Source of the DNA: an uncultured Gemmatimonadaceae bacterium
GTDB lineage: Bacteria; Gemmatimonadota; Gemmatimonadetes; Gemmatimonadales; Gemmatimonadaceae
NCBI GenBank assembly: GCA_963790305.1
Contig: CAWBOC010000010.1
Span: 256,001-320,000, forward strand
Length of the DNA: 64,000 nucleotides
Direction: 5' to 3'
The notes under the pieces were generated by a model. That model saw only the letters and a program-made list of their open reading frames with translations, was not told the DNA's origin and searched no databases. A program made the position numbers and the translations under genes. Shown here piece by piece: positions 30,356 through 40,264 of this stretch (the stretch's first letter is position 1; the number at the start of each line of letters is the position of its first letter).

Positions 30356-32077
30356 TCACAGGTTACGCCGCTGCAGCTCGCGCACGGCGTGGTCGGCCGC
30401 GCGCGCGGTGAGCGCCATGTACGTGATCGACGGATTCTGGCAGGCCGAGCTCGTCATGCAGGCCCCATCGGTCACGTAGACGTTGGGCGCGTCGTGCACC
30501 TGGTTGTTGGCGTTGAGGGCGGAGGTCTTGGGGTCGCGCCCCATCCGCGCCGTCCCCATCTCGTGAATGCCGAGCCCGGGCTCGGCGCCGAGGCTGCCCG
30601 GCTGGTTCGCGTCCCAACTATTCACGTTTCGAACCCCCGCCGCTTCCAGCATCTCTCCCGCCTGATCCTTCATGTCCTGGCGCATCGCGATCTCGTTCGG
30701 CGTCCACTCGCAGCTGATCCGCAGGAGCGGGATCCCCCACTTGTCGGTCTGCTGGGGATCGAGCCAGACACGGTTTTCCTTGACCGGGAGTGCCTCGCCG
30801 AACGCCAGCATTCCTACGCCCCACGGCCCGGGCTCGTGCAGCTTCTTCTTCAGCTCGACGCCAATTCCCTCCTCGCCGATGCCACGTCCCCACCCGGCGC
30901 GACCCGCTCCGCCCTGATAGCCGTAGCCGCGAGAGAATTTCAGGCGATCCGACCTCGGACCGGCGAGGTTGCGGAAGCGCGGGATGTAGAAGCCATTGGG
31001 ACGATTGCCTTCGTAATACCGGTCGAGCAGTCCCGGCACTTCACCGCGTGCACCCACCATGAAGTGGTGGTCCATGAGATTCTGGCCCACGACCCCGCTC
31101 GAATTGCCGAGTCCGTTCGGAAACCTCGGCGACTTCGAATTGAGCAGCAATCGGGTCGTGCCGAGCGTCGAGGCGCAGAGGAAGATCACCTTCGCGAACA
31201 CCTCGTGCGTCTCACCGGTACTCGTATCGACGAAGCGCACGCCGGTCGCACGGTCCTGCGTCTCGTCGTAGATGACGCTGTGCGCGAGACTGTTCGCGCG
31301 AAGCGTGAGCTTCCCGGTCTTGCGCGCGGCAGGCAGCGTCGAGGACTGGCTCGAGAAGTAGGAGCCGGTGGAGCAACCGCGGTAGCAGGGCCCGCAGTAG
31401 TGGCAGGGCTGCCGGTCGCCGATGGCCTCGGTGAGCACGGCGCACCGACCGATCGTGACGTGGCGACCGGGAAACGCGCGCTCGATCCCCGCCTTCACGA
31501 ACTTCTCGCCGGCGTTGAGCTCCATCGGCTTCTGAAACTCGCCGTCCGGAAGGTAGGGGAGACCGAGCTTCTCCCCAGTGATCCCGGCGAAGCGCTCGAC
31601 GTAGCTGTACCACGGCTCGATGTCGCGGTAGCGAATCGGCCAGTCGACCCCGTAGCCGTCCTTCAGGTTCGCCTCGAAGTCGAGATCGCTCCAGCGATAG
31701 GTTTGGCGTCCCCAGATCAGCGAGCGTCCGCCGACCTGGTTCCCCTGAATCCAGGTGAAGGGCTTCTCCTCGATGTATGGGTGCTCGCTGTCCTTCTGGA
31801 AGAAATGCACGGCCGCTTCGACGAATTGGCCAGTTCGGGCCTGTATCTGGTAGTCCTTGGCGAGGGGGCTCTCCGGGGTGATCCGGCGCTGGCGCATCGG
31901 GAACTCGAAGTCCCGCTTGTGCTCGGTGATGTAGCCCTTCTGATGCTCGACGTCGCGCCCCCGCTCGAGCACGAGCGTGCGGAGCCCTTTCTCGCACAGC
32001 TCCTTGGCGGCCCAGCCGCCACTGATTCCGGAGCCGACGACGATCGCGTCGTATTCTTCGCGCTGCTGAAGAAGCAT
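30356..32077 (-). CDS. GMC family oxidoreductase flavoprotein
   Basis: VVGSGISGG, VGGRS..WG, C..CGPC..GC, HEMGTARMG, QNPSITYMAL. Confidence 0.93.
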   Translation of the reverse strand: MLLQQREEYDAIVVGSGISGGWAAKELCEKGLRTLVLERGRDVEHQKGYITEHKRDFEFPMRQRRITPESPLAKDYQIQARTGQFVEAAVHFFQKDSEHPYIEEKPFTWIQGNQVGGRSLIWGRQTYRWSDLDFEANLKDGYGVDWPIRYRDIEPWYSYVERFAGITGEKLGLPYLPDGEFQKPMELNAGEKFVKAGIERAFPGRHVTIGRCAVLTEAIGDRQPCHYCGPCYRGCSTGSYFSSQSSTLPAARKTGKLTLRANSLAHSVIYDETQDRATGVRFVDTSTGETHEVFAKVIFLCASTLGTTRLLLNSKSPRFPNGLGNSSGVVGQNLMDHHFMVGARGEVPGLLDRYYEGNRPNGFYIPRFRNLAGPRSDRLKFSRGYGYQGGAGRAGWGRGIGEEGIGVELKKKLHEPGPWGVGMLAFGEALPVKENRVWLDPQQTDKWGIPLLRISCEWTPNEIAMRQDMKDQAGEMLEAAGVRNVNSWDANQPGSLGAEPGLGIHEMGTARMGRDPKTSALNANNQVHDAPNVYVTDGACMTSSACQNPSITYMALTARAADHAVRELQRRNL

Positions 32078-32082
32078 GGTCG

Positions 32083-32844
32083 TTAGGCCCAGGTCGGCAT
32101 GCCGGCGGTATACGGGATGTCGCGGTAGGGTTTCATCGGGTTGATGCGGAGCTCCTGCGTCTGCCCCACTTCGGACGTGTAGTATCCGACCACGGTGAGC
32201 TCTTTCATCATGCGGAAAAAGCTTTCCCGTCCAACATCGGCCGCATCGGGCTGCGGCGAGGCCGCCTCGGCGGGCGTCGCCCCCACTCCCTGCCCGACCT
32301 GGACGTCCGACTCCTGCGAGCGAGGCGAAGGCGCGGTACCCTCCGGAGGCTTTGCCGCGAGGGTCTGCTCGCGGAAGGCGAGCCGATCCATCTCGCCGAC
32401 CATGTCGGCCTGCTGCGCCGTCGTGAGCTCGCCGAATCCTTTCTGGTGCGTGCGGCGCGCGCGCGCTTCCAGCCTCGTCAGTCCGGCGAGGAAGCGCTCC
32501 TTGTCCTTCGCCGCGAAGTGGTCGGAGAGGAGGGTGTCCACGAACTGGTCCACCTGCGCCGAGCGCGCGCCAGGCGTCTCCGTCTCTGGGATGATCGCGT
32601 CGGCGATGGCGACCACCATGGCGCGCTGCTCGACTGTGAGCGTGCGAGGGGTCCATTGCGGCTTTGCCGCGGTTCGTCGGTCGCCGCACCCCGCAAGCAC
32701 GGCAGCGATCGTTGGCGCCGACAGGGTCCCGCCGAGGAGGATGGCGGCGCGGCGCAGCGCCTCGCGGCGAGTGATTTCGGTGGAGATGCGAGTCCTCCTG
32801 GTGGGGCCGGGATCCAACGTGCGGGACGTCTCAGTTGGTGTCAA
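32083..32844 (-). CDS. Gluconate 2-dehydrogenase subunit 3 family (Tat partner of the GMC enzyme)
   Basis: TRREAL, IIPETETPGA, FFRMMKELTVVGYYTSE; exact start uncertain. Confidence 0.88.
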   Translation of the reverse strand: MTPTETSRTLDPGPTRRTRISTEITRREALRRAAILLGGTLSAPTIAAVLAGCGDRRTAAKPQWTPRTLTVEQRAMVVAIADAIIPETETPGARSAQVDQFVDTLLSDHFAAKDKERFLAGLTRLEARARRTHQKGFGELTTAQQADMVGEMDRLAFREQTLAAKPPEGTAPSPRSQESDVQVGQGVGATPAEAASPQPDAADVGRESFFRMMKELTVVGYYTSEVGQTQELRINPMKPYRDIPYTAGMPTWA

Positions 32845-32894
32845 GCTGATTAGGCAACAGCTGAATGCGTCGGGGTCAGGGGATATCGCTACCG

Positions 32895-33093
32895 GGCATC
32901 CAGGTTCAAAGGGGGGGACGCGGATTTTCGCGGATGCAACGGATGCCGCGGATCATTCCAGGCGCGGAGAACTCCCCTCACGCAGGAAAAAACACTGCTG
33001 TTTGCTCCGGAAGGGGAGGGATCACTGTGCACGGAGCAATCCGCCGGATCCGTTGCCCGCAGAATCCGCGTCCCCCCTTTGAACCTGGATGCC
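32895..33093. mobile_element. Second MITE-like element with GGCATCCAGGTTCAAAG terminal IR
   Basis: Same 17-bp termini as 14955-15170. Confidence 0.7.
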
Positions 33094-33238
33094 GGCCGAG
33101 CCGCCAGCTCAGAGGTCAAGTTGCGGTTTCCGCACGCTGAGATCTGATGTTTGACCCTGACGTCTCAGCCTTTCCCCAAAACCGAAGACATGCCGTCTTA
33201 TTGCCCCCGGGAAAGTTCGCTATTTTGGGTAAGACAGT

Positions 33239-33330
33239 GAGGAACGAGGAACGAGGAACGAGGAATTCGATGGATTGAGTCCCCGCCTTCAGTTCGATCG
33301 AATTTCCTCATTCCTCCGTTCCTTGTTCCT
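33239..33330. repeat. Inverted GAGGAAC heptamer array
   Basis: 4 units then degenerate TTCCTC units. Confidence 0.8.
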
Positions 33331-33335
33331 GGTCA

Positions 33336-34310
33336 ATGTCTCTCTCCGCAATCGCCCAAGAGCTCGTCCCGCTCCACGACATCCGCGATGCCGCTGCCCG
33401 GCTCCGCGGTGTCGCGATCCGCACCCCGCTCCTTCTCGCGGAGGAGATCGAGCGTGATACGCGGGTGTGGCTCAAGCCGGAGATGCTCCAGCGAACCGGG
33501 GCGTTCAAGTTCCGCGGAGCCTACACCTTCCTTTCCCGGCTCTCCGCGGAAGCACGCGCCCGAGGCGTGGTTGCCCCGTCCTCCGGCAATCATGCGCAGG
33601 CGGTAGCCGCCGCGGCGCAGATCTTCGGCGTGAAGGCGACCGTCGTCATGCCCACCACCGTTACGCCGGCCAAGCGTGCTGGGGCCGAGCGGCTCGGCGC
33701 CGCGGTCGTGCTCGCCGGGACCACCACCAAGGACCGGATGGATCGGGCGGTGGAGCTCGTCGCGGAGCAAGGGCTGACGATGGTCCCGCCGTATGATGAT
33801 CCGGTGATCATCGCCGGGCAGGGAACCGTCGGCCTCGAGATCGCCGAAGATCTCCCGCGAGTGAAGACAGTGATCGTCCCGGTCGGCGGCGGCGGTTTGA
33901 GTGCCGGGGTCGCGACAGCGATCAAGCTGCTCGTTCCATCGGTGCGCGTCATTGGCGTCGAGCCCGCCGGCGCGCCGAAGTTGACGCGCGCCCGCGCGGC
34001 GGCGCGTCCCGTGCTGCTCGAGCATGCCAGCTCTCTCGCCGATGGACTCCTCGCCGTGCAAATCGGATCGCTCAACTTCGCCCACCATCAGGCGTATCTC
34101 GACGACGTCGTGACGGTGAGCGATGACGCGCTCGTCGACGCCATGCGCTGGCTGCTCGATCGCATGAAGCTCGTTGCGGAGCCGAGTGGCGCGATCACGC
34201 TCGCGGCGCTCCAGACCGGTGCGGTGCGCGCGAGTGGTGACACGGTGTGCGTGCTGAGCGGGGGCAACATCGAGTGGACGGGATTGCGTGACCTCCTTAG
34301 CCCCCGCTAA
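33336..34310 (+). CDS. PLP-dependent threonine/serine dehydratase or racemase family
   Basis: E.LQRTGAFKFRGA, SSGNHAQ, PVGGGGL, EPSGA, SGGN. Confidence 0.92.
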   Translation: MSLSAIAQELVPLHDIRDAAARLRGVAIRTPLLLAEEIERDTRVWLKPEMLQRTGAFKFRGAYTFLSRLSAEARARGVVAPSSGNHAQAVAAAAQIFGVKATVVMPTTVTPAKRAGAERLGAAVVLAGTTTKDRMDRAVELVAEQGLTMVPPYDDPVIIAGQGTVGLEIAEDLPRVKTVIVPVGGGGLSAGVATAIKLLVPSVRVIGVEPAGAPKLTRARAAARPVLLEHASSLADGLLAVQIGSLNFAHHQAYLDDVVTVSDDALVDAMRWLLDRMKLVAEPSGAITLAALQTGAVRASGDTVCVLSGGNIEWTGLRDLLSPR

Positions 34311-35778
34311 GCCGCGAATCCTCGTCGTCGACGATGACGAGGCACTGCTCAAGACCGTCTCCTGGATTCTCAAGGAGCACGGGTACGACGTCATCGCGGT
34401 GCCCGGGTCGCGCCTGCTCCTCGAGCAGCTGGAGACCTCGGTGCCCGATCTGCTCCTCCTGGACATCATGATGCCGGACCTCGATGGCTTCGAGGTGCTG
34501 GAGCGCATCCGGGGAGACGACCGATGGCGCGATCTTCCCGTCCTCATGATCTCCGCCATGCCTCCCGAGGAGGCCGCGGTGCGCACCCTCGGGCTCGGTG
34601 CTTCCGACTTCGTGCCGAAGCCGTTCCGCGTCCGTGAGCTGCTCGCACGCATTCAGGCGCAGCTTCGCGTGAGTGACACGTTGTCGCGCGCCCGTCAGGA
34701 GCTTCGGCTCACCGAGGTCCAGCTTCAACGCGCTCGCGACGAAGCGGAAAGCCGGCGTCAGCTCGTCGACATCCTGCACGAAGTCACCGGGGACCTCTCG
34801 CCGGACGAGATCTATCACATTCTCGTTCGACGCGTCGCGCGCGCGCTGAATCTGTCCCACTGCTCGCTCGTGTTCGCGCGTCCGGGCGATCTGACGGGCA
34901 CGGTCGCTACCGCGTACGAGAATCCGCAGCTGCGCGACTTCGAGATTCGCCTCGACCGCTATCCCGAGATCCGCACGGCACTCGACCGTGGCGAGCCCGT
35001 CCTCATCGAGGACGTGCTCACGAGCCCGCTCTACGAGGACGTCCGGCGCGATTGGGACCGAAGCGGGACCGTCGTGTCGATTCGATCCGTGATCGCGCTT
35101 CCCTTCCGGGTCGATCGGCAGCTCGCGGGCGTGTTCTTCCTGCGCACGACGCGTCACGAGACTCCGTTGCGACGGGACGACGTCGAGTTCGCCGACGCGG
35201 TCATCAAGGCGGCGGTCGCCGCGATCGAGAAGGCTCGCGTGATCGAGCGGACGAAGGCCGACAAGGCGCGGCTCGAGATGCTCGCGATCACCGACCCACT
35301 CACGCTTACGCTGAACCGGCGTGCGCTCGTCGATCGGCTCGACGAGGAGATGGAGCGTGCGCGCCGCTACGGCCTCGTTCTCACCTTGCTCATGGTCGAT
35401 CTCGACCACTTCAAGCGGGTGAACGACACGCACGGTCACCTCGTCGGGGACGACGTTCTCCGCGACGTCTCCATGATCATCCAGCGCGAGGTGCGCACCG
35501 TCGACATCGTGGCGCGTTACGGGGGCGAGGAGTTCGTCGTTGTCCTACCGGAGACCGCCGAGGAAGGGGCGGTCGCATTCGCTGAGCGCGTTCGTCAGCG
35601 TATCTCGGAGCACCGGATTGCCGGGGAAGACGGCGAGGAGGCATTGAGCCTGACGGTGAGCATCGGCGTGGCGACGTTCCCATCCTCGAGCATCGAGACG
35701 ACGGAGGATCTCATCTCGCACGCGGACGACGCGCTCTATCGCGCGAAGGCCGAGGGGCGGAACAAGGTGCGCGCGTGA
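34288..35778 (+). CDS. REC-GAF-GGDEF diguanylate cyclase
   Basis: VVDDD, LLDIMMP, DPLT..LNRR, DLDHFKRVND..GH, RTVD I-site, GGEEF. Confidence 0.93.
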   Translation: MTSLAPAKPRILVVDDDEALLKTVSWILKEHGYDVIAVPGSRLLLEQLETSVPDLLLLDIMMPDLDGFEVLERIRGDDRWRDLPVLMISAMPPEEAAVRTLGLGASDFVPKPFRVRELLARIQAQLRVSDTLSRARQELRLTEVQLQRARDEAESRRQLVDILHEVTGDLSPDEIYHILVRRVARALNLSHCSLVFARPGDLTGTVATAYENPQLRDFEIRLDRYPEIRTALDRGEPVLIEDVLTSPLYEDVRRDWDRSGTVVSIRSVIALPFRVDRQLAGVFFLRTTRHETPLRRDDVEFADAVIKAAVAAIEKARVIERTKADKARLEMLAITDPLTLTLNRRALVDRLDEEMERARRYGLVLTLLMVDLDHFKRVNDTHGHLVGDDVLRDVSMIIQREVRTVDIVARYGGEEFVVVLPETAEEGAVAFAERVRQRISEHRIAGEDGEEALSLTVSIGVATFPSSSIETTEDLISHADDALYRAKAEGRNKVRA

Positions 35779-36872
35779 GCATGCGCTGCCCGCGCTGCGG
35801 GACCGTGTACGCCGGCGACGCGCAATTCTGCAAGCGCGATGGCCTGAAGCTCGTGAAGGAGCCGACGACGCCCCCCAACCGGAGTGCGGAGTGGCCGCAG
35901 TATGGTCCTCCATCGAGCGGCGCGCGTGCGGTGCCGACCACGCCGCAGCCCGGTTCCGGACCGCCGTCGCAGGCATCGATGGCGGGGCGCGTGCTCGACG
36001 AGCGCTATCGCATCGAGCGGAAGGTCGGCGAAGGTGGGATGTCGTTCGTCTATCTGGCCCAGGACCTCGAGACGAACGAGCGCGTCGCCATCAAGATTCT
36101 GTCGCCGGCGTTGTCGGCCGATCGCAACTCGCTCGCGCGACTGAAGCGGGAGGCCTCGCTTGCGGGGCGGCTCGCACATCCGAACGTCTGTCACATCATC
36201 CGGTTGGGTGAGACCGACACCGGCATGGTCTACGTGGTCATGCCGTTCGTCGAGGGCGAGCTGCTCTGCGACCGCACGCACCGCCTCGGGCACATTCCGC
36301 TCGCGGAGGTCGTGCCCTTCGTGCGCGACATCGCTGCCGGTCTTCAGGTGGCGCACCAGCTCCGCATCATCCATCGCGATCTCAAGCCCGAGAACGTGAT
36401 GCTGTGCCGCGAGCCGGGCGGCGCCGAGCGTGCGGTGGTCATGGACTTTGGGCTGGCGAAGGATCGCCGCGCGGGTCCGGAGGCCGAGAAGCTCACCGCG
36501 ACCGGGATCGTGTTAGGCACGCCGGAGTTCATGAGCCCCGAGCAGCTGCGCGGGAAGCCGCTCGATCCGCGCACCGACGTCTATTCGCTGGCGCTGATGA
36601 CCTTCGAGATGCTCACCGGCAAGCTCCCGTTCGAGGGCCGGTCGCAGCAGGAGCTGATGCTGGCGCGTCTCCGGAGCGATCCCATCCCGCTGCGAAGGAT
36701 GCGTCCGGATCTCAACTATCCTGCTGACGTCGAGCGCGTGCTGCTGAAGGGGATGGCGAAGGACATGAACGACCGCTTCGCGACGGCGCCCGACTTCGCC
36801 GAGGCGTTCGCGCGAGCTGCCTCCGGCGACGATACCGAGCTCGGGTTTCTGGACCGGCTTTTAGGGAGGTAG
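35775..36872 (+). CDS. Ser/Thr protein kinase with N-terminal zinc-ribbon-like motif
   Basis: CPRC...FCKRDG; GEGGM, HRDLKPEN, DFG, GTPEFMSPE. Confidence 0.92.
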   Translation: MSMRCPRCGTVYAGDAQFCKRDGLKLVKEPTTPPNRSAEWPQYGPPSSGARAVPTTPQPGSGPPSQASMAGRVLDERYRIERKVGEGGMSFVYLAQDLETNERVAIKILSPALSADRNSLARLKREASLAGRLAHPNVCHIIRLGETDTGMVYVVMPFVEGELLCDRTHRLGHIPLAEVVPFVRDIAAGLQVAHQLRIIHRDLKPENVMLCREPGGAERAVVMDFGLAKDRRAGPEAEKLTATGIVLGTPEFMSPEQLRGKPLDPRTDVYSLALMTFEMLTGKLPFEGRSQQELMLARLRSDPIPLRRMRPDLNYPADVERVLLKGMAKDMNDRFATAPDFAEAFARAASGDDTELGFLDRLLGR

Positions 36873-36967
36873 TCGAGGTCGTCGAGGATGTCGAGGTGAT
36901 CGAGGGAACTACAACCTCGACGACCTCACCTCGATCACCTCGACAACCTCGACATCCTCGACAACCT
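36870..36967. repeat. Inverted nonamer array (GTCGAGGTN)
   Basis: Starts at the TAG stop of the kinase. Confidence 0.85.
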
Positions 36968-37050
36968 GTTTTCGGGAGGGTGATCCGAGTCACTGCGTGT
37001 CTGGGTCCACTTCATGCGAATGGGCCCGGTATCCATGGGAGGATACTGCG

Positions 37051-37917
37051 ATGCGGTGGACACGTGGCGGACGGAGCAGGAACATCGAGGACCTGCGCGG
37101 CTCGCGCGGGGTTGGCGGCGGCGGGTTCGGTATCGGGAAAGGGATGGGCCTCGGCGGGACGATCATCGTTCTGATCCTCGGCCTTCTCTTTGGCGGTGAC
37201 ATCTTCAGTGGTGGTGGGGGCGGCGGGGGCGGCATTCCCACGACCGCGACCGAGCAAGGCTCCGTTGAGGAGACGCCGGAAGAACGGGAGCTGGTCGAGT
37301 TCGTCTCGTTCGTCCTCGACGACGCGCAGCGCGTGTGGACCGAGATCTTGCCCAAATACGGCGGGCAGTATCGCGAGGCCAAGCTGGTGCTGTTCCGGGA
37401 TTACGTGCAGTCGGCGTGCGGCACCGGTCAGTCGGCCATGGGCCCGTTCTACTGCCCAGTCGATGAGAAGGTGTACATCGACCTTGGCTTCTACGACGCC
37501 CTTCACGAGCGGTTCGGCGCGCCCGGCGATTTCGCGCAGGCGTACGTCATCGCGCACGAGCTCGGCCACCACGTGCAGAACGTGACCGGCACCGCCGCGG
37601 AAGTGCGCCAGATGCAGTCGGCTCGCCCGAACCAGGCGAATGCCCTGTCGGTACGACTCGAGCTTCAGGCTGACTGCTATGCCGGCATTTGGGGCAATTC
37701 GACGAGCCAGCGGCAGATCCTCGAACGGGGCGACGTCGAGGAAGGCTTGAACGCAGCGGCGGCGATCGGCGATGATCGAATCCAGTCGCAGTCGCGCGGG
37801 GGCGCCAGCCCCGAGTCCTTCACCCACGGGACGTCCGAGCAGCGCGCACGGTGGTTCAGGCGCGGGCTGGAGAGTGGGGACCCGAGGACGTGCAATACTT
37901 TCGAGGGTGCGATCTAG
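37051..37917 (+). CDS. Neutral zinc metallopeptidase (YpfJ-like)
   Basis: GPFYCP.D, AHELGHHVQ, ELQADC.AG, FTHG; GGAGG RBS. Confidence 0.92.
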   Translation: MRWTRGGRSRNIEDLRGSRGVGGGGFGIGKGMGLGGTIIVLILGLLFGGDIFSGGGGGGGGIPTTATEQGSVEETPEERELVEFVSFVLDDAQRVWTEILPKYGGQYREAKLVLFRDYVQSACGTGQSAMGPFYCPVDEKVYIDLGFYDALHERFGAPGDFAQAYVIAHELGHHVQNVTGTAAEVRQMQSARPNQANALSVRLELQADCYAGIWGNSTSQRQILERGDVEEGLNAAAAIGDDRIQSQSRGGASPESFTHGTSEQRARWFRRGLESGDPRTCNTFEGAI

Positions 37918-37921
37918 AGGC

Positions 37922-38047
37922 GCGAATGCGGAATACGGAATGCGGAAGGTGGTAAGACCGTGAAAACGAGAGGGCTCCGGCGAATCGCTCGGAGCCCTCT
38001 GCGTCTTACGGTCTTACCACCTTCCGCATTCCGTATTCCGCATTCGC
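37922..38047. repeat. Inverted GCGGAAT heptamer element, possible bidirectional terminator
   Basis: 40-bp perfect IR plus inner AGAGGGCTCCG hairpin between convergent genes. Confidence 0.9.
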
Positions 38048-38049
38048 TG

Positions 38050-40113
38050 TCAAGGAATCGGCTCCCGCCGCGGCTCCAGCTTCGCCGACCACAGACCGCT
38101 GTTGAAGTCGGTGAAGAGAATGTGCCCCTTCCACGGCATCGCGTTCATGACGAACGACGCGTTCGCCGTGTAGCCCTGCGGATCGAACGGCTTGTACACC
38201 GCGATCTCGCGCCGCTGCTCGGCGAGGTTTCCGACCAGCTCCCCCGACACGTCCACGATGCGGAGACCGCCATCATAGTACGCCTGGTACATGACATCGT
38301 CTTCCACGATGATGTCGTGCGAGCCGAATTCTTCCTGGTGGTACTTGGCGATGTTCTTGGGATTCGTCGGATCGGTGAAGTCGATGATGTGCGTGTAGCC
38401 GGCCGACGTCTGCGGCACGCCGCCCTTCTGGTTGATGTTCTGCAGGTAGCTCGTTCCCTCCCACACCCTGCCTTCGCGCGACATGATCTCGTCGCCGAGG
38501 AAGAGATAGACCTTGCCGGTCGCCTTCTGGACGTACGGGAAGATCTCGTGCGTTGCACCGCTCGTCGTCGGATAGGTCGCGATGAGCTTGGGCTTCTCGA
38601 TCGTCCCGCCCCACTTGCCGTTGCCGACGTCGACCGCGACCACCCCCGTCCCCCACTCCGACGAGTACGCGATGCCGTTGTTCACCCACACATCGTGCAC
38701 GCGCGAATTCGGATGGTCGTACTCGCTCTTGTACGTTGGCTTGTAGATGTCCTTCATGTCGATGATGACGTACTTGTCACCGTTCGACAGCGCAAACAGG
38801 TAATCGTTGGTGGCGAACATGTTGTGCACGCCGCCGGTGAGCTCCTGATCGAACGTCGCCGCGACCTTGGGGTGGGCGGGATTCGCGAGATCGAGGATGA
38901 CGACACCATTCACCCGGTTCGACGCGCCTTCGCGTGACAGCGCGCCGTAGCGCCCGTCGGGCGAAACGGTCACGTCGTTGATGACGCGTGCGTCGACCTT
39001 GATCGAATCGGTCTTCACGATCGCGCCGAGGTTGCTGATGTCGAAGATGTAGGCCCACCCGTCGCCGCCCCACGTTCCGACGAGCGCGTAGTCGCGACCA
39101 TCCTTGCCGGTCCACGGCCACAGGTCGGATGTGTGCACGTGGCTGATGCTCCCGCGGCCGGTTACGGAGATGCGCTTCCGCACATCGCGTGGGCTGACAC
39201 CAATCACCTTGCGCGCCGAGGTCGGTCCCGCGGTCGCGAGGAGCGTGTAGCGGCCAGGGACCTCGGCCGCGAACAGGCCGCGATCGATCACGCCCGTCGC
39301 GCCGGGCGCGGCGATCGTGTCGTCAGGCACGTAGGTGTAGCTCCACGTGATCGGCACGTCGGCTACCGCGGTGCCACCAGCGCGCTTGGCCGTCGCTTTG
39401 AGGTGCACGACGTCGCCGGTGCGTACCGAATTCTCGTCAATGTCGATCGTCAGGCTCACCACGGGATTCGCGACCACCGTGTGTCGGACGGACGACGACG
39501 CTCCTTCCGCCTCGGCGGTGATGGTGACGGCGCCGGGCCGGCGAGCGGTGACATTCCCGAAACGATCGACCGTCGCGACCGCCTCGTTCGAGCTGCGCCA
39601 CGTGAGCGTCACGTTCTTACGCTCGCTCTGGTCGGCGTGAACGGCGCGCGCGCGATGGGCCAGCGTGACGCCCGCGTAGAGACGGCCAGGCTCGGGGAGA
39701 ATCTCCACCTGCGTGATCGGTGGCCACTGGATCGTGACCGGGATCGTGAGGCGCGCGGGATTCGTTCCGCCAACGGCCGTCACTACGACCTCGTACTTCC
39801 CGGCCTGCGTCCCCGTGAGCTGCCCGTTCGCGAAGCGAAGCACGCCTCGCGGTCCGCTCGATCGAAGCGGTGGATTCTCGATGACGTTGCCCGCCGAGTC
39901 GTACGCCGTGAGCTTGAAGGCGACCGGCTGGCCCGCGATCAGCGTGGGGCTGGCGGGCTCGGCGACGATCCGTACTACCCGCGGCGTGGGCGCCTGAGCT
40001 GGCGCCGCCTGTGTTGGCGCGGCGGGCTGCTGAGCCTGGGCAAGGGGCGCCGACAGCGCCACGAGGCCAAACGCCGCGGTGCTGACGAATCGCGGAATGC
40101 GCGTTACGTTCAT
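38050..40113 (-). CDS. Secreted Ig-like (Big_2) + LVIVD-repeat protein
   Basis: Signal peptide; TWRSSNEAVATVD..G.VTA; repeated ILDLANP / IVDVS / IIDFTDP motifs. Confidence 0.8.
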   Translation of the reverse strand: MNVTRIPRFVSTAAFGLVALSAPLAQAQQPAAPTQAAPAQAPTPRVVRIVAEPASPTLIAGQPVAFKLTAYDSAGNVIENPPLRSSGPRGVLRFANGQLTGTQAGKYEVVVTAVGGTNPARLTIPVTIQWPPITQVEILPEPGRLYAGVTLAHRARAVHADQSERKNVTLTWRSSNEAVATVDRFGNVTARRPGAVTITAEAEGASSSVRHTVVANPVVSLTIDIDENSVRTGDVVHLKATAKRAGGTAVADVPITWSYTYVPDDTIAAPGATGVIDRGLFAAEVPGRYTLLATAGPTSARKVIGVSPRDVRKRISVTGRGSISHVHTSDLWPWTGKDGRDYALVGTWGGDGWAYIFDISNLGAIVKTDSIKVDARVINDVTVSPDGRYGALSREGASNRVNGVVILDLANPAHPKVAATFDQELTGGVHNMFATNDYLFALSNGDKYVIIDMKDIYKPTYKSEYDHPNSRVHDVWVNNGIAYSSEWGTGVVAVDVGNGKWGGTIEKPKLIATYPTTSGATHEIFPYVQKATGKVYLFLGDEIMSREGRVWEGTSYLQNINQKGGVPQTSAGYTHIIDFTDPTNPKNIAKYHQEEFGSHDIIVEDDVMYQAYYDGGLRIVDVSGELVGNLAEQRREIAVYKPFDPQGYTANASFVMNAMPWKGHILFTDFNSGLWSAKLEPRREPIP

Positions 40114-40264
40114 GGAGCTATACTCCCTCTCGCAGGGCGACCGGTCTCCGGCCGCGTCACGTGTCCTCTAGCGCGCACGATTGCGCGACATCGATGTCGA
40201 GCGCTTCACCGCGCGGCGGTGAATGCGAAGCTGCCTACCCTACATGTTTTCGAGTCAGGATTTC

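Noticed and set aside
30356..32689. 777-aa GMC with a long N-terminal extension
   Set aside because: The extension overlaps the subunit-3 gene in another frame; the FAD motif follows ATG 32077
33130..33235. TPP riboswitch suggested by GCTGAGA
   Set aside because: Remaining conserved TPP elements not found; better explained as an arm of a palindromic element
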